A stretch of 64,000 nt of DNA, from assembly GCA_030652335.1 (NCBI GenBank), contig JAUSAW010000002.1, positions 397,866-461,865 of the forward strand, read 5' to 3'. Source of the stretch: Gammaproteobacteria bacterium. Lineage in GTDB: Bacteria; Pseudomonadota; Gammaproteobacteria; Francisellales; CACEW01. Positions 47,974-57,434 of the stretch are shown here, in pieces (the stretch's first letter is position 1; each line of letters begins with the position of its first letter). The notes beneath the pieces are model-generated. The model was not told where the DNA came from, ran no database searches, and saw nothing but the letters and a program-made list of their open reading frames with translations. A program made the position numbers and the translations under genes.

Positions 47974-49173
47974 ATGTATAATCCCTCTGATTTTTTAACG
48001 CAAAAGAAAATTACTGTAGACTTAGCAGTGGCTTTGAACAATAAAGATAGGTCTAAAATTAACGAAATTTTTCAAACCATTCCAAACTCACGCTCTAACG
48101 TCACATTCAAAGAAGATCGTATTAAACAATGCGTAAAACATGCACTCAAAAACCAATTATTAGACCTACTTCAAAATATGATAGATGATAATATAGTTGA
48201 TCTAGCGAAGCTATATATGGATTTTACCGACTTTTCTTTACCAGGATTATCTGCAGCATTTTTGCTTTCCAAAGAGATTAACAAGTATCAAGCTCAAAAA
48301 ATATTTATTAGCATGCTTACTCAAAAGTTTTTTATTACGGCAGAAACAGCTTTTACAGCATTCCCTTCAGCTATTATAGAAAGCGAAGAATGCTTATATA
48401 CTGCCATATGTTATGATGTGGCCTTGGCTGAAAAACTACTAGCTGCTAGGGCAAAATTTGATCCTAATTCCGCTCGGTCTCAACGAGATTTTTACAGGGC
48501 TGCTTGTAGTGGCAACATTGATACTATGTTATTTTTTTTAGAACATGGTTTTAGTATTGATTCTGTTATCGAAATGGCAGTGACTAACTTCTCACAATCA
48601 TATATACAAGGTTTAGACCCCGATCCGTTTAAGGGCTTAGAAAAAAATAAAAAAGGGATACTGTGTTTAGTGCATGAAGGCGCTGATTTATATAAACAGT
48701 CCTCGGACCCGGCAAACAAATCGGCCTTACAAATATTGCATGGAGCAATAGCTCAACTAAATGCAAGTGATAGATTGTCAAAAGCTAATACGCTAAGTGC
48801 ATTTACCAAAGAATTAATTGTTGAATCTGCAAAAGCCAGACGATCAGCGGCAGTATACACACATTTATACACGAACAAACTTAACTCTACTTTTGATGCT
48901 TATCATAAAATGATAATAAATAATGAAATCAAGGAATTAAAACTCTCTTTAGAATTTTTAAAACCTTATAGCTGGGAAATTGCCGCCTTAGAGGAAGTGC
49001 ATAAATACACCACTGACGCCAACCCTGACGCTGGCAAAATCATTGCAAGCTATTTAAGTCTTCATAAAGCCATTGAAGCCGCCCCAATTGCTGTAACACC
49101 TATGCTCGCAGCTTGTGCTGGAGCAGGCATAACGGCTGAAAGCGAGAAGTGCAAGCAAGCAAGCCTAAATTAA
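47974..49173 (+). CDS. orphan protein (399 aa) with degenerate ankyrin-like repeats; effector-like
   Basis: RBS aaggatatctaaaaATG. Ank-like segments are ECLYTAICYDVALAEKLLAARAKFDPN, RDFYRAACSGNIDTMLFFLEHGFSIDS and ..LCLVHEGADLYKQ. It occupies the slot where amiB sits in enterobacteria. Confidence 0.7.
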   Translation: MYNPSDFLTQKKITVDLAVALNNKDRSKINEIFQTIPNSRSNVTFKEDRIKQCVKHALKNQLLDLLQNMIDDNIVDLAKLYMDFTDFSLPGLSAAFLLSKEINKYQAQKIFISMLTQKFFITAETAFTAFPSAIIESEECLYTAICYDVALAEKLLAARAKFDPNSARSQRDFYRAACSGNIDTMLFFLEHGFSIDSVIEMAVTNFSQSYIQGLDPDPFKGLEKNKKGILCLVHEGADLYKQSSDPANKSALQILHGAIAQLNASDRLSKANTLSAFTKELIVESAKARRSAAVYTHLYTNKLNSTFDAYHKMIINNEIKELKLSLEFLKPYSWEIAALEEVHKYTTDANPDAGKIIASYLSLHKAIEAAPIAVTPMLAACAGAGITAESEKCKQASLN

Positions 49174-49622
49174 TGACTCGATCGGGAGCTTATCATAAGC
49201 TCCCTTTTATCATCAGCCAGTATTTCGATATCGATAATTAAAGTCGGACTTGGCATAAAATTGCCGGCCTTTTCTGGCCATTCGACTAGATTAATGGCTT
49301 GATCGTTAAAATAATCACGCCAGCCGATAAACTCCAATTCTTCAGGCTCCGCTATGCGATATAAATCGAAGTGATTGATAGCCTGGTTATTAAGATTATA
49401 AGTTTCCACTAAGGTATAGGTTGGGCTTTTTACAATACCCTTATGGCCCAAGCCTTTTAAAAAACCGCGGACCAAGGTGGTTTTGCCAGCCCCTAATGGC
49501 CCATTTAATACAAGGCAATCCCCAGGCTTGCAGCTTAAGGCAAGCTTAGCACCAAAAGCTTCCATAGCAGTTTCGGATTCGATAATAAAATGACTGGGTT
49601 GAGACATAGGTTTTCTAATCAA
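49170..49622 (-). CDS. tsaE: tRNA t6A37 biosynthesis ATPase TsaE
   Basis: 150 aa with GPLGAGKTTLVRG and SPTYTLV motifs. Confidence 0.9.
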   Translation of the reverse strand: MIRKPMSQPSHFIIESETAMEAFGAKLALSCKPGDCLVLNGPLGAGKTTLVRGFLKGLGHKGIVKSPTYTLVETYNLNNQAINHFDLYRIAEPEELEFIGWRDYFNDQAINLVEWPEKAGNFMPSPTLIIDIEILADDKRELMISSRSSH

Positions 49623-49655
49623 TTTTCAAGAATGCAGAACGGGGTTGTTCAGATA

Positions 49656-50006
49656 TTAATGAGCGGGCTTAAATCCTTCCATTTCTTCGTCAGATAAGCC
49701 GGTCGCTTCTTTTACTACAGCATAACTGATGCCTTTTGCTAGCAAATTTTTAGCAATAGCACAGGCTTTCTCATATTCGCCTTGCTGCATACCTTGTAGC
49801 ATGCCTTGCCGCATACCTTTCTGGACGCCCCATTGTTCGATCTGTTCTGCAATAGTCACCGCTTCACTCCTATATTCTGTCTGTTGCTTGATTACTTCTA
49901 GTATACCAGCAACATCCTGGCTTTCGCCCTCTGAGAGCATGTATTTTATCACATCGATCGCCAAATCGCGACTGACGGTAATTATGTCATTCCCGCCTTC
50001 GCGCAC
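49656..50006 (-). pseudogene. C-terminal remnant of an Rpn/YhgA-like (PD-(D/E)XK) recombination-promoting nuclease / putative transposase
   Basis: ..AVTIAEQIEQWGVQKGMRQGMLQGMQQGEYEKACAIAKNLLAKGISYAVVKEATGLSDEEMEGF is the characteristic Rpn C-terminal module. The nuclease domain is absent. The apparent GTG start lies inside the inverted repeat of the adjacent element. Confidence 0.6.
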
Positions 50007-50665
50007 TAGTGTCCGGTATAAAAGTAAATGGTTAGCGTTATGGGAGTGGTGGGAGGCGATACTAGTTTAACAAATTTGTACGCTTTACGGTTGATATAAT
50101 TCAGAGAGTAATTTCATCTGATCAGTACACATAGCTTTACGTATTCTGATCATCATAGACCTTGCTGTTGGGCGCCGTAGACGTAAGGCTCTTGAGGCTT
50201 GGCAAGATGACAAGCTCTTTTTAGCAATCATCATCAAAGTCATCAACATAAACCATTTTTGAAGTTCAATATGTGAATGATGAAATATTGTACCAACTGT
50301 TACGCTAAAAGATTTACGACAGCCGTTGCAATGGTGTCGTAATTCTGCTGCAAGTGGATTAGTGTTTTCACTTTCACAATAAGGGCATTGGGGAGTATTA
50401 CCCCATCTTCGCTTCTCTAGGTATTTACTGCATTTTTCTTGAGTTGGAAATTTTTGACTTAGCTCTCGAAAATCCATGCTAATTCCTCATAGATTATAAA
50501 CTTCTATGAATATTCTAACAATCTTAACTACTATATCAACCTTAAAGCGTACAAATTTGTTAAATTAGTATCGCCTCCCACCATTCACATAATGCTAACC
50601 ATGCCAATAAAAAAAACGGAAGCATCTCAGTTATACCGGACACTAGTGCGTCTTCGCGGGAATGA
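49987..50665. mobile_element. decayed IS1595-type element (679 bp) bounded by imperfect inverted repeats of about 100-130 bp
   Basis: The left arm (49987..50090) matches the reverse complement of the right arm (50540..50665). The inner 60 nt are 55/60 identical (ccgtaaagcgtacaaatttgttaaactagtatcgcctccc..). The outer block ttataccggacactagtgcg..cgggaatga is shared, with a 22-nt size difference between the arms in the mismatched segment. The element encloses the truncated transposase ORF. Confidence 0.7.
50085..50477 (-). pseudogene. IS1595-family transposase, N-terminal Zn-ribbon/HTH part only (130 aa; DDE domain missing)
   Basis: FPTQEKCSKYLEKRRWGNTPQCPYCES...HHCNGCRKSFSVTVGTIFHHSHIELQKWF matches the Zn_Tnp_IS1595 domain. 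No DDE catalytic region follows. Confidence 0.75.
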
Positions 50666-50754
50666 AAAAACTAACTCGACCCTCATGTTTTACATTGCTT
50701 TTCTCAACTAAACCCGTTTAAATAGAGCACTTGTTAAATGAGTATGAATGGATT

Positions 50755-52341
50755 ATGAAAAGATCGATCTCGGGCTTCGCACTACTACTAACTTCTATTA
50801 GCGCTATTATTGGATCAGGCTGGTTATTTGGGGCTTTTTATACCGCCAGCATTGCGGGACCTGCGGCGATTTTATCCTGGGTGATCGGCGGTGCTATTTT
50901 AATATTTGTAGCGTTTGTGTATGCGGAAATCTGCGGCATGTTACCGATTAGCGGCTCAAGTGCTCGCATCCCTCAATATACACATGGCACCGTGGTGAGT
51001 TTTTTATTTTCCTGGATGATCTGGTTATCTTATTTAGCCTTAATGGCCACCGAAGTGCAGGCCGTTATACAATATGCGAGCTTTTACTTTCCTTACCTAA
51101 CTAAACATAGCGGCGGCTTAACGGCACAGGGCTATATTATCGCCGGCCTATTAATGTTTATGGTAAGTTTTATTAATACCTATTCGCTGCGCTGGCTGAT
51201 TCGTTTTAACAATCTATTAGCCGTGCTCAAATTGATTATCCCCATCGTTATCGTAACGGTTATTCTGGTGTTATTTTTCAAACCCGAACACGTGCTTCAC
51301 CCTGGCAATAGTGCCTTTATGCCGACTGGTTGGCATGGTGTGTTAGGGGCGATGGCTACTGGTGGCATCGTGTTTGCTTTTAACGGCTTTAAACAGGCGG
51401 CGGAGATGGCAGGCGAAGCTAAAAACCCCAGCCGCTCGGTGCCTTTTGCTATTATCGGCTCGGTCTGTATTTGCTTAGTGTTATTTTTACTGATTCAACT
51501 GGCGTTTTTTAGCTCGCTTAATGTTAGCAACCTTATTCACGGCTGGGGTGATATTCAGCTTAGCAATACCAATAGCCCATTAGCCTCTATCGTCGATCAA
51601 GATAATTTGCAGTGGTTATTACCGATTTTATATGTAGGCGCCATTATCGCCCCCCTTGCCGCGGGCTTAATGTATTGCAGCAGCGCCAGCCGCTCCATAT
51701 ATGGCATGAGCAAAAATGGTTACTTACCGGCACTCTTTCAAAAATTAACACCACAGGGTAATCCAGGTACGGCTATTTTGCTTAATTTTATGTTAGGCAT
51801 GTTATTGTTCGCGCCATTGCCAGGCTGGAATAAAATGGTGGCATTTTTAACCTCGCTATTAGCGATTACTTATGCAATTGGCCCTATCTGTATGCTGGCT
51901 CTTCGGCAACAAGCTCCAGATCAAAAACGTCCGCTTAAACTGCCCTTTGGTACAGTTTGGGCCACCGTCGCTTTTTACCTTTGCACCCTGCTCGCCTATT
52001 GGAGCGGCTGGGATACGTTATCCAAACTAAGTATCGCCTTAGCCATCGGTATACTAGTACTGTTTTTATATCATCTATTTGCCAAGGGTAAACATAAGAT
52101 TCATCTAAACTGGCAAGCTTCGATTTGGATGTGGCCTTATTTTATCGGCCTATCGGCTATATCTTATATCGGCAATTATGGTGGTGGTTTAGGATTATTC
52201 CACTCAGCCGTTATTATGGTACTTTTGGCTATACTCTGCATCGTGACGGCTTGGTTATCGGTGAAATTTAAATTACCGGCTGCGACGACTCTAGCCTATA
52301 TCGAAGAATTACAGCTTCATCAACATGACCGCTCTCACTAA
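50755..52341 (+). CDS. APC-superfamily amino acid permease (paralog of 20151..21728)
   Basis: The track start is TTG at 50731, and ATG at 50755 (MKRSISGF..) is the likelier start. GSGWLFGAFYTA..SWVIGGA..AEICGMLPISGS is colinear with the other permease. Confidence 0.85.
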   Translation: MKRSISGFALLLTSISAIIGSGWLFGAFYTASIAGPAAILSWVIGGAILIFVAFVYAEICGMLPISGSSARIPQYTHGTVVSFLFSWMIWLSYLALMATEVQAVIQYASFYFPYLTKHSGGLTAQGYIIAGLLMFMVSFINTYSLRWLIRFNNLLAVLKLIIPIVIVTVILVLFFKPEHVLHPGNSAFMPTGWHGVLGAMATGGIVFAFNGFKQAAEMAGEAKNPSRSVPFAIIGSVCICLVLFLLIQLAFFSSLNVSNLIHGWGDIQLSNTNSPLASIVDQDNLQWLLPILYVGAIIAPLAAGLMYCSSASRSIYGMSKNGYLPALFQKLTPQGNPGTAILLNFMLGMLLFAPLPGWNKMVAFLTSLLAITYAIGPICMLALRQQAPDQKRPLKLPFGTVWATVAFYLCTLLAYWSGWDTLSKLSIALAIGILVLFLYHLFAKGKHKIHLNWQASIWMWPYFIGLSAISYIGNYGGGLGLFHSAVIMVLLAILCIVTAWLSVKFKLPAATTLAYIEELQLHQHDRSH

Positions 52342-53395
52342 AGAAGCCTTAAGTGAACTTGCCCTGGAGATTAAAACCTGGGGCAAGCAACTGGGGTTTC
52401 AAGAAATTGGCATAGCCGATACCGATTTACATCTAGCTGAAACCAGGCTTAATACCTGGCTCGATAAAGGCATGCATGGTGAAATGAGCTATATGCAACG
52501 CCATGGAACTAAGAGAACGCATCCTGAAGAATTAATTCCAGGAACCACGAGAATTATTATGGGCCGCATGGATTATTTGCCAGCAGACCCTGCCTTTAAA
52601 GAAGTGCTTAATAATCCCACTAAAGCCTTTGTTTCACGTTACGCGCAAGATAAAGACTATCACAAACTCATTCGCTCCCGATTGCAAAAATTGGCTAGTC
52701 TGATCGAAGCTAAAATAGGTGAGTTTCAATACCGGGCCTTTGTCGATAGCGCCCCAGTTATGGAAAAGCCACTAGCTCAAAAAGCTGGCTTAGGCTGGAT
52801 AGGCAAGCATACCAATTTAATTAATCCCAAAGCCGGCTCCTGGTTTTTCTTGGGTAGCCTCTATACCGACTTGCCTCTTCCTATCGATGAGACCTTTGAA
52901 AAAAATCATTGCGGATCATGTTCTGCCTGTATCGATATCTGCCCTACCCAGGCTATTATTGGCCCTTACCAGTTGGATGCCAGACGCTGCATCTCCTATT
53001 TAACCATCGAGCTTAAAGGCCCTATTCCCGAAGAATTCCGTAAGATGCTCGGCAATCGCATTTATGGCTGTGATGATTGCCAATTAGTCTGCCCATGGAA
53101 TAAGTTTGCTAAGACCAGCAACGAGATGGCCTTTCAGGCTAACCGTGATTTAAAAAGCCCTAACCTTTTGGATTTATTTACCTGGAGCGAAGCCGAATTT
53201 TTAAAGAAAACCGAAGGTTCGGCGATTAGGCGCATTGGGCATGAAAAATGGTTAAGCAATATCGCCATAGCCTTGGGAAATGCGCCTAGCTCAGCTGAAA
53301 TTATTCAGGCTTTACAAAATAAGCTAGATTATCCCTCAGAATTAATAAAAGAACATGTAAAATGGGCCTTGTCAGAGCATTTATATTCACTCTAA
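52325..53395 (+). CDS. queG: epoxyqueuosine reductase
   Basis: 356 aa with two 4Fe-4S motifs (CGSCSACIDICPT and CDDCQLVCPWN) and a HEAT-like C-terminus. Confidence 0.9.
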   Translation: MTALTKEALSELALEIKTWGKQLGFQEIGIADTDLHLAETRLNTWLDKGMHGEMSYMQRHGTKRTHPEELIPGTTRIIMGRMDYLPADPAFKEVLNNPTKAFVSRYAQDKDYHKLIRSRLQKLASLIEAKIGEFQYRAFVDSAPVMEKPLAQKAGLGWIGKHTNLINPKAGSWFFLGSLYTDLPLPIDETFEKNHCGSCSACIDICPTQAIIGPYQLDARRCISYLTIELKGPIPEEFRKMLGNRIYGCDDCQLVCPWNKFAKTSNEMAFQANRDLKSPNLLDLFTWSEAEFLKKTEGSAIRRIGHEKWLSNIAIALGNAPSSAEIIQALQNKLDYPSELIKEHVKWALSEHLYSL

Positions 53396-53426
53396 CCTTT
53401 CGTTGTTAAAGCAGACAATGCAGGCA

Positions 53427-54398
53427 TCAAATCGATTTTAATTCCCAGGCCCAGGCGTGTTGAATAATATCATGCAAATTTGGATACTCAGGCTTCCAAC
53501 CAAGTTCTTTTATGGCAACGGATGAATCAGCCACTAAACGTGCTGGGTCTCCGGCTCTTCTTGCTTCATCAATCACTTGTATCGATTTGCCCGTCACTTT
53601 AATGGCGGCATCGATGACTTCTTGCACCGAAAAACCATTGCCATTGCCTAGATTAAATTGAGCGCTTTTTCCATTTGATTGTAGATATTCTATAGCTAAA
53701 AAATGCGCCTGGCATAGGTCCATGACATGAATATAATCGCGAATACAGGTGCCATCTGGAGTATCGTAATCCCGGCCGAATACTTTTATAGAACTCATCT
53801 TCCCAGAGGCGGCCCGCAATACTAAGGGGATTAAATGCGTTTCAGGTTCATGACGTTCACCTACTCGGCATTTTGGGTCGGCACCGGCCACATTAAAATA
53901 GCGCAGGCAGATAGACTTTAAGCCATAAGCCTTATCGTAGTCTTCTAAAACTTGCTCCACCATCCATTTGGAACGTCCGTAAGGATTAATGGGGTTTTTT
54001 GGGTGGGCTAAATCGATAGGCACATAGAGTGGCTCGCCGAATATGGCTGCCGTGGATGAAAATATAAATTTTTTCACGCCATGCTTTACCATAGCATTAA
54101 GCAAATTTAAGGTGTTGATAAAATTATTTTGATAATATTTTTGAGGCTCTCGAACCGATTCCCCAACTTGAATAAAGGAAGCGAAATGCATGACGGCATC
54201 GATTTTATATTCTGTAAAGATTCGGTCTAGTAAATCTACATCGGCAAGGCTGCCCTCGACAAAAGTGCTGGCATTAACCGCATCGCGATAACCAGTCGAC
54301 AGATCGTCTAAAACAATAACATTCTGGCCAGCTTGGACCAGCGATAAACACATGTGGGAGCCAATATATCCTGCGCCCCCGACGATTAGATATGCCAC
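53427..54398 (-). CDS. galE: UDP-glucose 4-epimerase
   Basis: 323 aa with a GTG start, GGAGYIGSH Rossmann motif and YGRSK catalytic motif. Confidence 0.9.
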   Translation of the reverse strand: MAYLIVGGAGYIGSHMCLSLVQAGQNVIVLDDLSTGYRDAVNASTFVEGSLADVDLLDRIFTEYKIDAVMHFASFIQVGESVREPQKYYQNNFINTLNLLNAMVKHGVKKFIFSSTAAIFGEPLYVPIDLAHPKNPINPYGRSKWMVEQVLEDYDKAYGLKSICLRYFNVAGADPKCRVGERHEPETHLIPLVLRAASGKMSSIKVFGRDYDTPDGTCIRDYIHVMDLCQAHFLAIEYLQSNGKSAQFNLGNGNGFSVQEVIDAAIKVTGKSIQVIDEARRAGDPARLVADSSVAIKELGWKPEYPNLHDIIQHAWAWELKSI

Positions 54399-54535
54399 TT
54401 AATCCACCTGAAAATCATTGAAACCAAACCTACCGCCATGAGCACAGCAACAGCCTTATAAGTGAAGCCCGGAAGCAACTGATCGATATTCTGCCACAGG
54501 TTTTTTTTAGTCTTAGGCAAGGGCTTTTGATTCAT
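54386..54535 (-). CDS. possible small membrane protein (49 aa) between manC and galE
   Basis: Below the track cutoff. ATG at 54535 is preceded by ggaagatATG. MNQKPLPKTKKNLWQNIDQLLPGFTYKAVAVLMAVGLVSMIFRWIKWHI has one TM helix. Its stop overlaps the galE start by 13 nt. There is no homology evidence. Confidence 0.3.
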   Translation of the reverse strand: MNQKPLPKTKKNLWQNIDQLLPGFTYKAVAVLMAVGLVSMIFRWIKWHI

Positions 54536-54558
54536 ATCTTCCATCCTATTTTCCTTTC

Positions 54559-55959
54559 TTATACCCGAACAATATCATCTTCTTTTACACACTCGCCTAC
54601 CTGGACTTCGATAAATTCCAATAGACCTTCCCCGATATTTTTAATGCTATGCACCATATTAGCCGAAACATAAAAAGATTCATTGGCTTTCACAGTATGC
54701 ACTGCTCCATTATAGTTCACTTCTGCCAAACCACTCACTACGACCCAGTGCTCCGATCGCAGCTGATGCTTTTGTAACGAAATCATCATCTCTGGGTTAA
54801 TAATCACCCTTCTTACTTGAAAATGTTCGCTTTCGACAAGCAATTCATGATGGCCCCAAGGTCGGTAACGAACTCGGTGATACAGTCTTTCAGTTCGATT
54901 GTTTTTTTCTAATTGTTGAACGATATTTTTAACTTGCTCGGCATGGGATTTATCCGCCACTAAAACGGCGTCGGCCGTTTCGATAATTATATGATCTTTA
55001 ACACCGACAACTGCCAATAAGCGACTTTGTGCATAGAGGTAACTATCCGTAACATTATCTACCCAAACATCGCCTTCTGTTATATTGCCGGCGCTATCTT
55101 TAGCGTTAACGTCAAATAAAGCTGACCACGCGCCCACATCGCTCCAGCCTGCATCGAGTGGGACCATAGCGGCTAAAGTAGTCTTTTCCATCACCGCGTA
55201 ATCGATGGATATATTTGGGCTTAAAGCAAAAGCCGTCTCATCTACCCTAATAAAATCCAAATCGTGTTTTCGTAAGCCCCAAGCCTGGCGACAATGTGAT
55301 ACTATCTCTGGCTGGTATCGTTCTAATTCGGCTAAATAAGCCGCGGCTTTAAATACAAACATGCCGCTATTCCAATAATAATCACCAGACTTAAGATAAT
55401 CTTCTGCCAGTTGTAAGCTAGGCTTTTCTACGAACTTAGCCACCTGAAAGGCATTATCGCTTAAGCTTTCCCCGCATTGAATATAACCATAGCCAGTATG
55501 CGCTGAGGTTGGCAGGATACCAAATGTTACTAGGTGATTATCTATTGCATAAGGCAAGGCTTGCTTAACGGCATGCGTAAATTTTGCCGTATCGTTAATC
55601 ATATGATCGGCTGGCAATACCAGCATAATAGCCTCAGGATCCTGCTCCAAAGCAGACAAAGCCGCTATGGCTAAGGCTGGCGCGGTATTACGCCCCATAG
55701 GCTCAAGAATAATGCTAGCCTGATCCAAGCCTATCTCATGCAACTGCTCGGCCACCATAAAGCGTTGGTCTTGATTACAGATCAACATAGGGCCATGGCA
55801 AGGCAGCTCTGCTAAGCGCTCAAGTGTTTTTTGCAATAGGCTTTGTTTATCGATAAGTGGGATCAGGTGTTTTGGGTATTCTTTACGCGATAAAGGCCAT
55901 AACCGCGTACCTGATCCACCTGATAATATTACTGGATAAATCTTTTTGTTAGTGGGCAT
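54559..55959 (-). CDS. manC: mannose-1-phosphate guanylyltransferase / mannose-6-phosphate isomerase (type II PMI)
   Basis: 466 aa with GGSGTRLWPLSR and a C-terminal cupin PMI domain. Confidence 0.9.
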   Translation of the reverse strand: MPTNKKIYPVILSGGSGTRLWPLSRKEYPKHLIPLIDKQSLLQKTLERLAELPCHGPMLICNQDQRFMVAEQLHEIGLDQASIILEPMGRNTAPALAIAALSALEQDPEAIMLVLPADHMINDTAKFTHAVKQALPYAIDNHLVTFGILPTSAHTGYGYIQCGESLSDNAFQVAKFVEKPSLQLAEDYLKSGDYYWNSGMFVFKAAAYLAELERYQPEIVSHCRQAWGLRKHDLDFIRVDETAFALSPNISIDYAVMEKTTLAAMVPLDAGWSDVGAWSALFDVNAKDSAGNITEGDVWVDNVTDSYLYAQSRLLAVVGVKDHIIIETADAVLVADKSHAEQVKNIVQQLEKNNRTERLYHRVRYRPWGHHELLVESEHFQVRRVIINPEMMISLQKHQLRSEHWVVVSGLAEVNYNGAVHTVKANESFYVSANMVHSIKNIGEGLLEFIEVQVGECVKEDDIVRV

Positions 55960-57358
55960 TTTTATTTATAAACCCTTTAAAAATTGTCATAAAAATAATC
56001 TTAATGTCGAACCATAATGACCAATGTTCAATATAGTACAGATCATATTCGACTCGCTTTTGCATTTTATCCAAAGTATCAGTTTCGCCACGAAAGCCAT
56101 TCACCTGCGCCCAACCTGTAATACCAGGCTTTACTATATGTCGCTGCATATACATAGCGACCAAGTCTTTATAATGCTCATTATGCGCAACAGCGTGAGG
56201 TCGTGGGCCCACTATAGACATTCGTCCTTGCAAGACGTTAAAGAATTGGGGCAGCTCATCCAAACTGCTACGGCGCAAAAATAAGCCCAGTGGCGTTATT
56301 CTGGCATCCTTTTTCGTGGCTTGAGTCACTTGACCCTCGGGTTCGTGATGCATGTACATGGAACGGAATTTATAAATGTTAATTAATTTCCCATCGATTC
56401 CATAGCGTTTTTGTTTAAACAAAACCGGGCCGGGGCTGGTGCCTTTAATCGCTAAAGCCACGGTCAATAGTACTGGAGAAATTAATACTAGAATTATAAT
56501 GGCTAAAATACGGTCTTCAATACTTTTAATAAGCGAGCTTAAGCCTCGCATCGGTGATTCACGTAAGGCTAGTGTCGTTACTCCTGCCACATCCGATATC
56601 GAATGATTTAATAGCCCAAGTCCAAATATATCAGGCACCAAACGGATATTTAATGTGCTATGCCGTAAGCCTATCATAATTTCTTTAATGCGCTCCTCGG
56701 CACGTAATGGTAAGGCGATCCAAATTTCATCGACTGGATGCAGAGCCAAATATTCATTCCAATTTTCGGGAATAGCAGAAATAGTTTGTTGGTAAAGTCG
56801 TTCATTGTGCAACTTAGAATTATCATCAAAAAAACCTGTAATGACATACCCTGCCCACTCTGCTTCAAGCATGGTTTTTGCGATATGGCGACCCAGGCTT
56901 CCCGCACCAATTATATAAAGTGTGCGATGGTTATAGCCCTTTTTACGCAAGGTTCGCATCACAAGCAAAGAGGCAATTCTAAATATTACCGAACCGGCAA
57001 AACCGATTATAAACCACTCGCCTAACCATAACCTTGAAAAACTTTCACCGGTTTTAGTAAAAAATGTCAGCAGCGAAAACAGTAATAAAATAGATGCCCA
57101 GGCCAAAAACAGGCGCTTGAATAAGGTTTCGATATGCTTGCCTCTAAGAGGCTCATATAGACCGCATTGATAAAAGCATAAATAAGCTAAAGCACAGCCC
57201 ACCAAGATCGCTAAATTATATAAGGGTGGCACATGCTGTAAATCATTAAAACGTAGAAAATAAGCAAAATAGCCCGAACCAATCACGATCATAGTGTCAA
57301 ATAGGCGGCTGACCATGGAAAATACTGAAGAATACTTTTTTAAAATCCCGATTTGCAT
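55949..57358 (-). CDS. undecaprenyl-phosphate hexose-1-phosphate transferase (WcaJ/WbaP-like initiating sugar transferase)
   Basis: 469 aa with N-terminal TM helices, a central NAD-binding-like domain, and the C-terminal bacterial sugar transferase motif KPGITGWAQVNGFRGE. Confidence 0.85.
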   Translation of the reverse strand: MQIGILKKYSSVFSMVSRLFDTMIVIGSGYFAYFLRFNDLQHVPPLYNLAILVGCALAYLCFYQCGLYEPLRGKHIETLFKRLFLAWASILLLFSLLTFFTKTGESFSRLWLGEWFIIGFAGSVIFRIASLLVMRTLRKKGYNHRTLYIIGAGSLGRHIAKTMLEAEWAGYVITGFFDDNSKLHNERLYQQTISAIPENWNEYLALHPVDEIWIALPLRAEERIKEIMIGLRHSTLNIRLVPDIFGLGLLNHSISDVAGVTTLALRESPMRGLSSLIKSIEDRILAIIILVLISPVLLTVALAIKGTSPGPVLFKQKRYGIDGKLINIYKFRSMYMHHEPEGQVTQATKKDARITPLGLFLRRSSLDELPQFFNVLQGRMSIVGPRPHAVAHNEHYKDLVAMYMQRHIVKPGITGWAQVNGFRGETDTLDKMQKRVEYDLYYIEHWSLWFDIKIIFMTIFKGFINKNAH

Positions 57359-57434
57359 AGGCTTATCCCAAATATTATCGCGTTACTTTATCATAAGCTG
57401 TATTATTAGCCAAACTGACTCTAAGCGTATCACC

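Noticed and set aside
49729-50070. A 113-aa plus-strand ORF antisense to the Rpn fragment.
   Set aside because: It is a Cys/Ser-rich mirror of the Q/G/M-rich Rpn C-terminal region and runs into the IS inverted repeat. There are no start signals.
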